Source: an uncultured Candidatus Saccharibacteria bacterium (GTDB lineage: Bacteria > Patescibacteriota > Minisyncoccia > Phycocordibacterales > XYD1-FULL-46-19). From it: DNA of 33,854 nt. Made by a program: the position numbers and the translations under genes. The notes below the pieces were generated by a model. That model ran no database searches. It was given only the letters and a program-made list of their open reading frames with translations, and was not told the origin of the DNA. This document shows positions 1 through 10,280 of this stretch, piece after piece (the first letter of the stretch is position 1; every line of letters starts with the position of its first letter). The stretch covers positions 1 through 33,854 of the forward strand of contig CAZVBR010000004.1 of the NCBI GenBank assembly GCA_964625755.1, written 5' to 3'.

Positions 1-61
1 GGGATTTTCTAAAAAAGATTGGTTCGAACTTCCAAATCCAAAACCAAGCCGTTTCTTTTTC

Positions 62-137
62 GCCACGCGGAGCGTGGCAATCCGTTGCAAAATGGGGCTT
101 TGGCGCGCGAAGCGCGCCTGCCGAGCGGCGAAGCCGC
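62..137. repeat. Three GC-rich mini-hairpins with GNA triloops (62-78 GGA loop, 102-118 GAA loop, 125-137 GAA loop)
   Basis: Read directly from the sequence. The stems are GCCACGC/GCGTGGC, GGCGCGC/GCGCGCC and GCGGC/GCCGC, each closed on a 3-nt GGA or GAA loop. Two of them contain the exact heptamer GCGAAGC. Confidence 0.55.
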
Positions 138-173
138 GAGGCAATCTCTTCCCAAAAATTGAAAATTGTAAAT

Positions 174-263
<90 letters not shown>

Positions 264-319
264 AATTTAGAGTGATAATTACAAATTACCACATTAAAAA
301 AACCTGTCAAAATGCCTCT

Positions 320-1183
320 TTATTCCACCGGAGCCTCAACCGATAGATATCGCCTAAGATACCAGAGATTGATCATAGCCGAGCTTAGGGTCAAGATCGA
401 GAGAGTTCCAAGGGGTGGCAAAGAACCGGGTATAACCAACCAGACAACCGACACCATCAACCCTAAAGTTACAGCATGTAAAGTTACCTTGAACCCTTCA
501 ACATAACGACCCGGTAGTCCAAAAATTTTCAGGATAAAAAACACCGGCACCGCCAAAACCACAGAATAAAGCATAACAAACAAAGCTCCAAAAATACTGA
601 GCACAAAAGCCAGAACAGCCAACATCGGCGGCAAGATATTAAGACCGGAACTCAAACTTTGGTAAATCGAGACCAACTCCTGGCGGGAAATAGTCAGGTC
701 CTCAGGGATATCGGTCAGTGGTTGAACTTGATAATCCCCTCTTTCCGAGTCCACCAACTGCACCAAACTGGACTCTGTCAACAGAATCAAAGTACTATGG
801 TCCTGGAACCGATCTATCGCTTCCTCTGGGGGGTTCAAAGTATCTACCACCAGTATGTTATCCACCTCGAACGGCCAAGTCATCACCTCGCTCGGCCAAG
901 CCCAGTTGTAAACCCCCGGGACTTCGGTCGATGCCTGCCCGTCAATTATCTCAACTTCCAGATCTTCGGGAAAAGTAGTTACCACTTCTTGACCAAATTG
1001 GCGAATAATCGAATTCAACTGCGGAGCCCAGTACAGACCGACGGCCAGAGTAACCACCAAAGCTAAGGTGGCCGACAAAGCCGCATAATACTTGACCGAC
1101 TCCGACAAAGAACCGGTGATCACCTTTTGATAGAACTGCGGTTGAAACAGACTGGCCCAGATCAAATAAAAGTAATAAAACAT
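320..1183 (-). CDS. Polytopic membrane protein of unknown function (possibly DUF1189-like)
   Basis: 287-aa ORF with an N-terminal TM segment, a soluble middle part and about 4 C-terminal TM segments. It is the last gene of the lemA-htpX co-directional cluster, 8 nt after the upstream stop. The family assignment is from memory only. Confidence 0.7.
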   Translation of the reverse strand: MFYYFYLIWASLFQPQFYQKVITGSLSESVKYYAALSATLALVVTLAVGLYWAPQLNSIIRQFGQEVVTTFPEDLEVEIIDGQASTEVPGVYNWAWPSEVMTWPFEVDNILVVDTLNPPEEAIDRFQDHSTLILLTESSLVQLVDSERGDYQVQPLTDIPEDLTISRQELVSIYQSLSSGLNILPPMLAVLAFVLSIFGALFVMLYSVVLAVPVFFILKIFGLPGRYVEGFKVTLHAVTLGLMVSVVWLVIPGSLPPLGTLSILTLSSAMINLWYLRRYLSVEAPVE

Positions 1184-1191
1184 ACGTCAGT

Positions 1192-1554
1192 TTAATATAG
1201 ATAGCTCTGCATGCCCATTAAAACATTGGCCAAGTAATAAACGAAAAGGTCTCGATTTTTGTCCGACCGATCTTCAGCCTGGTACTTTCGAAACTGAGCG
1301 GCCAACTCCCTTAGCTTCTCTTGATCTTCGGGAGTAGCCTCTCCTTTTTCATCCAAATCTTCCTTCAGAGACATTATTTCATCAAACCAAAGCATATCCA
1401 CTCTCTTTAGTGAGCTCGGATCAAAATCCTCAAAATGAGCTGTGGGGCCGGTTTCTTGTTCTTGCTCAGTCAACGCCACCATTCTTTCTTTAAACCGCTC
1501 CAACTCCTGATCCTGACCTGATTGAAAATAAGAAAAATTTTCTTGCGAATTCAT
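1192..1554 (-). CDS. Hypothetical acidic soluble protein (120 aa)
   Basis: The ORF is tightly coupled to htpX: its start lies 1 nt after the htpX stop (TAA-C-ATG). It is E/D/K-rich and probably helical. I recognise no family. Confidence 0.65.
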   Translation of the reverse strand: MNSQENFSYFQSGQDQELERFKERMVALTEQEQETGPTAHFEDFDPSSLKRVDMLWFDEIMSLKEDLDEKGEATPEDQEKLRELAAQFRKYQAEDRSDKNRDLFVYYLANVLMGMQSYLY

Positions 1555-1555
1555 G

Positions 1556-2458
1556 TTACTTTTGACCCCGGAGAGCTTTTATCCTCTCCTCGACCGGAGG
1601 ATGAGTCATAAAAAAGCGATGAAAACCCTTTTCTTTTTTGGCCCCGAAAGGATTAACAATGTATAAATGAGCCGTAGCGTTACTGGCTTTTTCTACCGGC
1701 TCCCGGTTTTGACTTATCTTCTCTAAGGCACCGATCAGGCCAGCCGGGTAACGGGTCAAAAGAGCGGCAGTGGCATCAGCCTGAAATTCTCGCCGCCGAG
1801 AAATGGCCATATGAATAACGCTGGCCACTATCGGAGCCAAGATCATTAGAGCTATCCCAACAGCAAAAAGCACTATCTTAACCCAACCACCTCCTCGATC
1901 ACCGCCCCCCTGCAATCCTCCGAACAACATAAAACGGAAAAACAGATCAGATAATATCGCCACAAACCCCACCAAAGTCACCGCAATAGTAGAGATCAGA
2001 ATATCTCGATTGCCGACATGAGCCAATTCGTGAGCCACTACTCCTTCCAGCTCGGAGCGTTCAAGCCGCCTGAGCAATCCGGTGGTTACCGCCACGACCG
2101 CGTTTTCAGGGTTTCGGCCGGTGGCAAAAGCATTCGGGGCGCTGTCCTCGATGACATACAAGCCGGGCATCGGCAGACCGGCTGCGATCGCCAAATTCTC
2201 GGTTAGAGTATAAAGATCCCAGAATTCCTCTTTGGTAGCCGGCCGAGCCCCGGAAATTCTCAAGATTATCCGATCCGAAAACCAGTAACTAATAAAATTC
2301 ATCACAAGGCTGAAGATCACGGCTACATACAGAATAACTTGGTTATCCAAAATATAGCTAAACGCCCAGCCAACTCCGATCACCACAATCAAAAACCCGG
2401 CAAACAAAGCCCAAGTTTTATAAACATTTTTATCCTGTTGTGTGTACAATGAGGTCAT
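1556..2458 (-). CDS. htpX: Zn-metalloprotease HtpX (peptidase M48)
   Basis: HELAHV zinc motif (VVAHELAHVGNRD), N-terminal TM pair, mid-protein TM pair, downstream EFQADA glutamate motif, and a typical length of 300 aa. Confidence 0.95.
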   Translation of the reverse strand: MTSLYTQQDKNVYKTWALFAGFLIVVIGVGWAFSYILDNQVILYVAVIFSLVMNFISYWFSDRIILRISGARPATKEEFWDLYTLTENLAIAAGLPMPGLYVIEDSAPNAFATGRNPENAVVAVTTGLLRRLERSELEGVVAHELAHVGNRDILISTIAVTLVGFVAILSDLFFRFMLFGGLQGGGDRGGGWVKIVLFAVGIALMILAPIVASVIHMAISRRREFQADATAALLTRYPAGLIGALEKISQNREPVEKASNATAHLYIVNPFGAKKEKGFHRFFMTHPPVEERIKALRGQK

Positions 2459-2510
2459 AATTTTTTATTACTCCACCACTACTAACTAATAGTCAAACAC
2501 CTTTCCCTGT

Positions 2511-3185
2511 TTACTGACCGGGATCCTCGAATGAAAAACTCTCGATCACCGAGATCTCCTCCTCGGTCAGATATCTTCCGGGTTCCAACTCCAGGCCCAA
2601 CTCTTCTCTCACCGTCTCGATCAAGCCTCGCTGAAGAAAAGTAATTTCTGAATCAGAGATATTACGACCAGCCTCTTTACTCAACGCCTCTTTGTCACCC
2701 TTTAAGATGTAATTAATTATAGCCAGAGCTTTGTCTTCCTTAGATCTTTGGTCCGATTCAGAAGAAGGGGCCGAAGTCTCTAAATCGTGCCATTCGCCTC
2801 CGGCCGAATTTTCGACTGTCTCTGAGTCGCTCTCCCGGTTACCGGCAAAGTCAAGGGTTTCACTTCTCTGCCAAGTACCGCTTTCTGTCTCTTCTTCAAC
2901 CGGCTTTTCCTCATAACCCTCTTGGGCTTCATCTGATCTTTCCGGCCAAGCCGGAGCCCCGGCCAACTGACCATCGTCAGGAATATCATAAACCGGCGGA
3001 GCTTTAACTGAAAAATCGTCTTGTCTCAATCCTTCAAACCCACCGGTCAAAGATCCGGCTATCAAAACCGACCCGGTCAGCACAAAGAAAAAGGCCGAAA
3101 TTTTCAAACCCAGAAAATTACTTTTTTTCGGATCCAGATCCTCCGGATCCGAACCTTTGAGCATATCATCGTACTCGGACCTCAT
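2511..3185 (-). CDS. Hypothetical single-pass membrane protein with an acidic, probably disordered ectodomain
   Basis: 224-aa ORF with one TM segment (ISAFFFVLTGSVLIAGSL), then an E/D/S-rich low-complexity region and a short structured C terminus. It lies between lemA and htpX on the same strand. Confidence 0.65.
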   Translation of the reverse strand: MRSEYDDMLKGSDPEDLDPKKSNFLGLKISAFFFVLTGSVLIAGSLTGGFEGLRQDDFSVKAPPVYDIPDDGQLAGAPAWPERSDEAQEGYEEKPVEEETESGTWQRSETLDFAGNRESDSETVENSAGGEWHDLETSAPSSESDQRSKEDKALAIINYILKGDKEALSKEAGRNISDSEITFLQRGLIETVREELGLELEPGRYLTEEEISVIESFSFEDPGQ

Positions 3186-3231
3186 AACAACGCCATTTAA
3201 AATTATTTTTCCAACTTTCTCAAACTACCTC

Positions 3232-3798
3232 CTAGAATTCAACTTTTACCGGCTCTCTTTCAGCCTCATTCTCCAACTCGAAAAACTCTTGTTTTTTGAA
3301 GCTGAACATACCGGCGATCATGTTATACGGAAAAGATTCGATCTTGGTGTTTAAGTCACGGACATTGGTGTTGTAAAACCTTCTGGCCGCTTGGATCTTA
3401 TTTTCCGTATCCGACAGTTCTCGCTGTAATTCCAAGAAATTCTCATTGGCTTTCAAGTCCGGATAATTCTCCGCCACCGCAAACACACTTCTAAGAGCCC
3501 CGGTCAGAGCGTTTTCTGCTTCGGCGGTCTTTGCCGGATCCCCGGTTTGCTCAGCTGATACGGCATTGGCCCTGGCCTCGGTCACCTTCTCTAAAACCTC
3601 TCTTTCATGAGAGGCATAGCCTTTGACGGTGTTGATCAGATTTGGAATAAGGTCATACCGCCTCTTCAGCTGCACGTCAATATCGGCCCAGGCCTCTTTG
3701 GTTCGATTACGAAGTCTGACCAAGCCGTTGTATACCAAGATCACCCCCAGAACCAAGATCACCAGCGCCACAATAATAACAATATATATAGTTTCCAT
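3232..3798 (-). CDS. lemA: LemA family protein
   Basis: N-terminal TM segment followed by YNGLVRLRN...AWADIDVQLKRRYDLIPNL...ENYPDLKANENFLELQ..L...EN.I..AR..YN, the characteristic LemA signature. Length is 188 aa. Confidence 0.9.
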   Translation of the reverse strand: METIYIVIIVALVILVLGVILVYNGLVRLRNRTKEAWADIDVQLKRRYDLIPNLINTVKGYASHEREVLEKVTEARANAVSAEQTGDPAKTAEAENALTGALRSVFAVAENYPDLKANENFLELQRELSDTENKIQAARRFYNTNVRDLNTKIESFPYNMIAGMFSFKKQEFFELENEAEREPVKVEF

Positions 3799-3846
3799 AA
3801 TTATATTTTAACTGATAATAGACTATTATACCATTATTTCCTGACA

Positions 3847-3872
3847 AAATCCACCCGAGAACGGGTGGATTT
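3847..3872 (-). terminator. Intrinsic terminator downstream of groEL
   Basis: Hairpin AAATCCACCCG-AGAA-CGGGTGGATTT (11 bp). On the minus strand it runs into UUUUG, 30 nt after the groEL stop. Confidence 0.7.
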
Positions 3873-3903
3873 ATCAGGATCACTCTTTAACACCAAACCG
3901 GGG

Positions 3904-5920
<2,017 letters not shown>

Positions 5921-5986
5921 AAGCAATTTACAAGCCAACCAAATAAAAGGTCGGCAATCGTTAAACTAGTAATAATTTGTATCAAT

Positions 5987-6015
5987 AGTATAAATAACTG
6001 ACTAGCTAAAGTCAA
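5987..6015 (-). promoter_or_regulatory. Candidate sigma70-type promoter of groES-groEL
   Basis: On the minus strand it reads TTGACT-N17-TATACT (-35 at 6015-6010, -10 at 5992-5987), about 65 nt upstream of the groES ATG. Confidence 0.4.
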
Positions 6016-6277
6016 ACTACATAACAGCCCGCCCAAAACGCTCCCGAACCGAACTTTAACCCTGGGTATGTCAAGATCACCGATAGACAAAAAAGGTCAG
6101 AACCTCCAAAAGACCGAGCCAGATTCACCGCCGCTCTTGCCCCTTTATTAAAAATTTGATAGGCTTGGAGGTAAGTATATATCTCTAGAAGTCACATGCA
6201 GATGATCAGATCTTAGTTTTAGAGTATTATATAACGGTTGACAAAAAAGAAAATCCAAATAATGATACATAAATAAC

Positions 6278-6508
6278 ATGAATTTGTTGAGTACGATATT
6301 GCCATTTATTCAGATCGGATTGGCTGCTATTCTGATAACCCTGATCTTGATCCAGCAGAGTGATGCCGGGTTAGGGGCGGCTTTTGGTGGTGGTGATGCC
6401 AGTGGCTCATTTCGAAAAAAAAGAGGCCTGGAAAAAACTTTATTTCGTTCCACGATCGTGATCGCGGTTTTGTTTGTGGCCGCCGCCGCCTTGAATCTTT
6501 TCATTTAA
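6278..6508 (+). CDS. secG: Preprotein translocase subunit SecG
   Basis: 76 aa with two TM helices and a Gly-rich loop (LIQQSDAGLGAAFGGGDASGSF), typical of SecG. Confidence 0.88.
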   Translation: MNLLSTILPFIQIGLAAILITLILIQQSDAGLGAAFGGGDASGSFRKKRGLEKTLFRSTIVIAVLFVAAAALNLFI

Positions 6509-6605
6509 CAAAAGCATCATACCAACCGCTTACTGAAACCAAACAACGGAAAAGCCCAACTACTTAAAATTATGACCGTCGTTAAACTGGACAAAGAATT
6601 CTATC

Positions 6606-8441
6606 GTGTCAAAACTTCTTAATTTCATCTCGAGCGACAAAAGTCGGTGGCTAAAAGTAAAGCAATCCTTCGTCAAACCGATGAATGTACCGATCAATAT
6701 GATATGGGATCTGCCGTATCGAAGCTATACAACTTTACCTCTTAAGTTCAAGATGGTTTTTGTTGGTCTACTGTTGATCGGAACTTTATCTCTGTTTGCC
6801 GGCCTGTGGGAGATAAACAAAAAATACATGGTAGAAGTGATCACTCCCGGAGGGCAAATCACCGAAGGGATCCTGGGTTTCCCTCAGTTCATAAACCCCC
6901 TTCTGGCTGACTCCCGGGCTGATCACGACATGACCTCGCTTATTTTCTCAGGCCTGATGCGCCGGGACGAATCGGGCAACCTGATCCCCGACCTGGCCGA
7001 ATCTTACGAGATCTCAGAAGACGGCCTGGAGTACACCTTTACCCTCAGAGAAGATCTTTACTGGCATGACGGCACTCCATTAACGGCAAAAGATGTCGCT
7101 TTCACGATCGAACGCGCCCAAGACCCCCGAACCAGAAGCCCTCGACGGGCTAACTGGGAAGGAGTAGCAACCAAAACCAACGACGACCGAACTGTCACTT
7201 TTACCCTGGACCAACCATTCGGCCTGTTTCTGGAAAACACCACACTCGGAATAATACCCCGGCACATCTGGCGCCGAGTTCCTCCGGAATTATTTTTGTT
7301 CAACGAACACAATATTGCCCCGGTCGGGTCCGGGCCATACCAGATAAAAGAAGTGGGTCGAGACACTCAAGGAGTGATCGAGTACTACAACCTAAAAACT
7401 TTTTCTGACTTTGCCTTGGGCTCTCCGAACATAAAAGAACTTAAAATGAACTTCTACTCTAACGCCGATCAAATATTCGAAGCCTGGGACCGGGACGAAA
7501 TTGACAATTTAAGTGGTATCTCTCCCCAAAAACTCGATTACTTCCGCAAACGAGGAGCTAAATTGCGATCTCTACCCTTGCCTCGATTATTCGCCGTTTT
7601 CTTCAACCAGAATCAAGCAGATATTTTTACTGACCAAAACGTCCGAAAAGCCCTAAACCACGCCCTCGATCAAACCATGATCATTGAAAGAACACTAAAT
7701 GGTCACGGCCGGAAAGTAACCGGTCCAACTCTACCCGAAGCCCAAGATCAAAAAACCGACCCCTCAAAAAACCCAGAAATAAACGCCGAGGAAGAACTGA
7801 TCGATCGAATAACCGAAGCCCGGGATATTCTCACCAACGCCGGCTGGGAAAAGAATGAGGACGGAATTTTTGTCACCGAAAGAGATGGCGAGACATTGGT
7901 TTTAAGTTTCAACTTGGCCACCGCCCAGACCCCGGAACTCATCACCGCAGCTGAAATGGCAACTGAAGCCTGGCAAGAATTGGGGGCCGAGATAAATCTG
8001 CGGGTTCATGAACCCAACGATCTAAAACACCAGATCATCAGACCCCGAAACTACGAGGCCGTACTTTTCGGTCTTATGATCGGCCAAGATCAGGATCTAT
8101 ACTCTTACTGGCACTCGTCCCAACGTCAAGATCCCGGCCTGAATATTTCCATGTACACCAACATTACCGCTGACAATTTACTCGAAAAAACAAGGACCGA
8201 AACTGACCCGGACAAGAGACTGGATTTACTGGAAGAATTAACCGAAACGATCAGAGAAGATCACCCGGCGGCCTGGTTGTACGCTCCGAACTTCATCTAT
8301 CTGACCTCTCCGGACATCAAACACCTGACCCTGCCCCCGATCAACCAAAACCACGATCGATTCGCCACTATATTCAACTGGTACACCAACACCGAAAATG
8401 TCTGGCGGATATTCGCCAATGAACACAATAAAGTGAAATAA
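6606..8441 (+). CDS. ABC-transporter family-5 (peptide/nickel, OppA/DppA-like) substrate-binding protein, N-terminally membrane-anchored
   Basis: The segment GFPQFINPLLADSRADHDMTSLIFSGLMRRDESGNLIPDLAESYEISEDGLEYTFTLREDLYWHDGTPLTAKDV is a classic SBP_bac_5 core. A TM anchor (MVFVGLLLIGTLSLFAGLW) precedes it. The start is uncertain: GTG at 6606, or ATG at 6681, 6699 or 6753. Confidence 0.85.
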   Translation: MSKLLNFISSDKSRWLKVKQSFVKPMNVPINMIWDLPYRSYTTLPLKFKMVFVGLLLIGTLSLFAGLWEINKKYMVEVITPGGQITEGILGFPQFINPLLADSRADHDMTSLIFSGLMRRDESGNLIPDLAESYEISEDGLEYTFTLREDLYWHDGTPLTAKDVAFTIERAQDPRTRSPRRANWEGVATKTNDDRTVTFTLDQPFGLFLENTTLGIIPRHIWRRVPPELFLFNEHNIAPVGSGPYQIKEVGRDTQGVIEYYNLKTFSDFALGSPNIKELKMNFYSNADQIFEAWDRDEIDNLSGISPQKLDYFRKRGAKLRSLPLPRLFAVFFNQNQADIFTDQNVRKALNHALDQTMIIERTLNGHGRKVTGPTLPEAQDQKTDPSKNPEINAEEELIDRITEARDILTNAGWEKNEDGIFVTERDGETLVLSFNLATAQTPELITAAEMATEAWQELGAEINLRVHEPNDLKHQIIRPRNYEAVLFGLMIGQDQDLYSYWHSSQRQDPGLNISMYTNITADNLLEKTRTETDPDKRLDLLEELTETIREDHPAAWLYAPNFIYLTSPDIKHLTLPPINQNHDRFATIFNWYTNTENVWRIFANEHNKVK

Positions 8442-8465
8442 TTAATAAAATAAGATAAATCATCA

Positions 8466-10277
8466 ATGAATCAAAAAACAACTACTAAACGTGCTGAGAC
8501 CAAGCAGTCCCACCGGAAAAACAAAACAGTGTCAAAGAAAAACACCAACAACCGACGCAACAAAAACGATCAGCAGGAAAAACCGGAAAAAGTACCGAAG
8601 ATCGCCCCGGGAGTGATCAGGATCGTACCCCTAGGTGGCGTAGAGGAGATCGGGAAAAATATGACCGCGATCGAATTCGGCAACGATATTATCGTCATCG
8701 ACGCCGGACTACAATTCCCGGACGATGACTCACCCGGAATAGACTATATTTTACCGGACTCCGCCTATTTAGAAGAAAGGAAGCATAAGATAAGGGGTTT
8801 AGTGGTCACCCACGGCCACCTAGATCACACCGGCGGTATTCCTTATATCCTGCCCAAAATCGGCAACCCCCCGATCTACACCAGTCTGTTAACGGCCGTA
8901 ATGGTCAAAAAAAGACAAGAAGAATTTCCTCACTTACCGAAACCAGATATCAAAGTGGTGGACAAAGATGAGTCTCTCAAACTAGGCAACATGAGATTAA
9001 GATTCTTCGGTTCGACCCACACCATCCCGGATTCCCTGGGGGTAGTCATAGAAACCCCGTTCGGCAACATAATCTTTACCGGTGATGTTAAGATCGAGAA
9101 CAAAAAAGGCGTGCCGGAAAAATTCGAAAAAGAAACTTACGAAAAACTGGGCCGGGAAAAGAACCTGCTTCTGATCGCCGATTCCACCAATGTCGAAAAA
9201 CCCGGATTTTCTCTTCCGGAAAACGAAGTTCAGGAAAACCTAAAAAAGATCGTGGCCGATATTCCGGGTCGGATCATCTTCAGCACTTTCGCCTCCCTGT
9301 TCGACCGGATAATATTTTTAGTCAAAACCGCCGAAAGTTTGAACAAAAAGGTGGTCGTTGAAGGACGGTCAATGAAGAACAATGTCGAGATCGCCAAAGA
9401 ACTCGGTCTGTTAAAGATCAAACGGGACACCATTATTTCAGCCGATCAAATGGATAACTACCCAGACAACAAGATCGTGGTCCTGGCTACCGGCGCCCAA
9501 GGCAACGCCCTGGCCGCCTTGATGAGGATCGCCAACCAGGATCACAAGACCGTAAAGATCAAACCCGGAGACACGGTTCTTTTGTCCTCTTCGGTGGTAC
9601 CGGGCAACGAAAAGAGTGTTCAGAAATTAAAAGACAATCTCTCTCGCCAAGGGGCCAACATTGTTCATCACGGAGTCGCTGATGTCCACTCGTCCGGCCA
9701 CTCCTACCAAGATGAAGTAAAATGGATCCACAAAAAGATCAAACCAAAATTCTTTATTCCGGTTCACGGTCACCATTTCATGCTCCGGGTTCACGCCAAA
9801 ATAGCTGAGGAACTGAAAATGCCCAAAGAGAACATAGTTATTCCCGACAACGGCATGGTGATCGAAATAACCGACAAAGGTAAAAAGATCGCCTCGCGAC
9901 CGGAAACCGCCTCGAACAAGATCATGATGGTTGACGGTTTGGGCACCGGAAATGTTCAAGAGATCGTTATTCGGGACCGACAAATGCTGGCCCAAGACGG
10001 GATGTTCATTATTGTTGCCACCATTGATATCAATACCGGAAAAGTTCCCCGCTCTCCCGATATCATCTCCCGGGGCTTCATCTACCTTAAAGAATCTCAA
10101 GAATTATTGAAAAACACCCGGCACCTGATCAAAAGAGTGACCGAAGAAACGGCAAGTAATATGCACCCGATAAACTTTGACTACCTGAAAAATACCGTCC
10201 GGGAAGAAGTGGGTAAATACCTCTTCCAGAAAACTCACAAACGACCGATCATTTTACCGGTTTTGATCGAGGTCTAG
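8466..10277 (+). CDS. rnj: Ribonuclease J (metallo-beta-lactamase / beta-CASP)
   Basis: HGHLDHTGG motif, beta-CASP region, and C-terminal domain. The core begins at IRIVPLGGVEEIGKNM. About 50 aa of Lys/Asn/Arg-rich N-terminal extension precede it. Confidence 0.95.
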   Translation: MNQKTTTKRAETKQSHRKNKTVSKKNTNNRRNKNDQQEKPEKVPKIAPGVIRIVPLGGVEEIGKNMTAIEFGNDIIVIDAGLQFPDDDSPGIDYILPDSAYLEERKHKIRGLVVTHGHLDHTGGIPYILPKIGNPPIYTSLLTAVMVKKRQEEFPHLPKPDIKVVDKDESLKLGNMRLRFFGSTHTIPDSLGVVIETPFGNIIFTGDVKIENKKGVPEKFEKETYEKLGREKNLLLIADSTNVEKPGFSLPENEVQENLKKIVADIPGRIIFSTFASLFDRIIFLVKTAESLNKKVVVEGRSMKNNVEIAKELGLLKIKRDTIISADQMDNYPDNKIVVLATGAQGNALAALMRIANQDHKTVKIKPGDTVLLSSSVVPGNEKSVQKLKDNLSRQGANIVHHGVADVHSSGHSYQDEVKWIHKKIKPKFFIPVHGHHFMLRVHAKIAEELKMPKENIVIPDNGMVIEITDKGKKIASRPETASNKIMMVDGLGTGNVQEIVIRDRQMLAQDGMFIIVATIDINTGKVPRSPDIISRGFIYLKESQELLKNTRHLIKRVTEETASNMHPINFDYLKNTVREEVGKYLFQKTHKRPIILPVLIEV

Positions 10278-10280
10278 AAC

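Noticed and set aside
5939-6277. Search for a CIRCE/HrcA operator upstream of groES
   Set aside because: There is no TTAGCACTC-N9-GAGTGCTAA. I found only an imperfect inverted repeat (TTAGCTAGT ... ACTAGTTTAA on the minus strand, about 8/10 match, about 29-nt spacer) around the putative promoter, which is too weak to call.
9627-10100. 157-aa antisense ORF in rnj; similar cases at 21497..22000, 25098..25643, 659..1066 and 3607..4044
   Set aside because: All are embedded antisense or out of frame in confidently identified genes and have no family resemblance.
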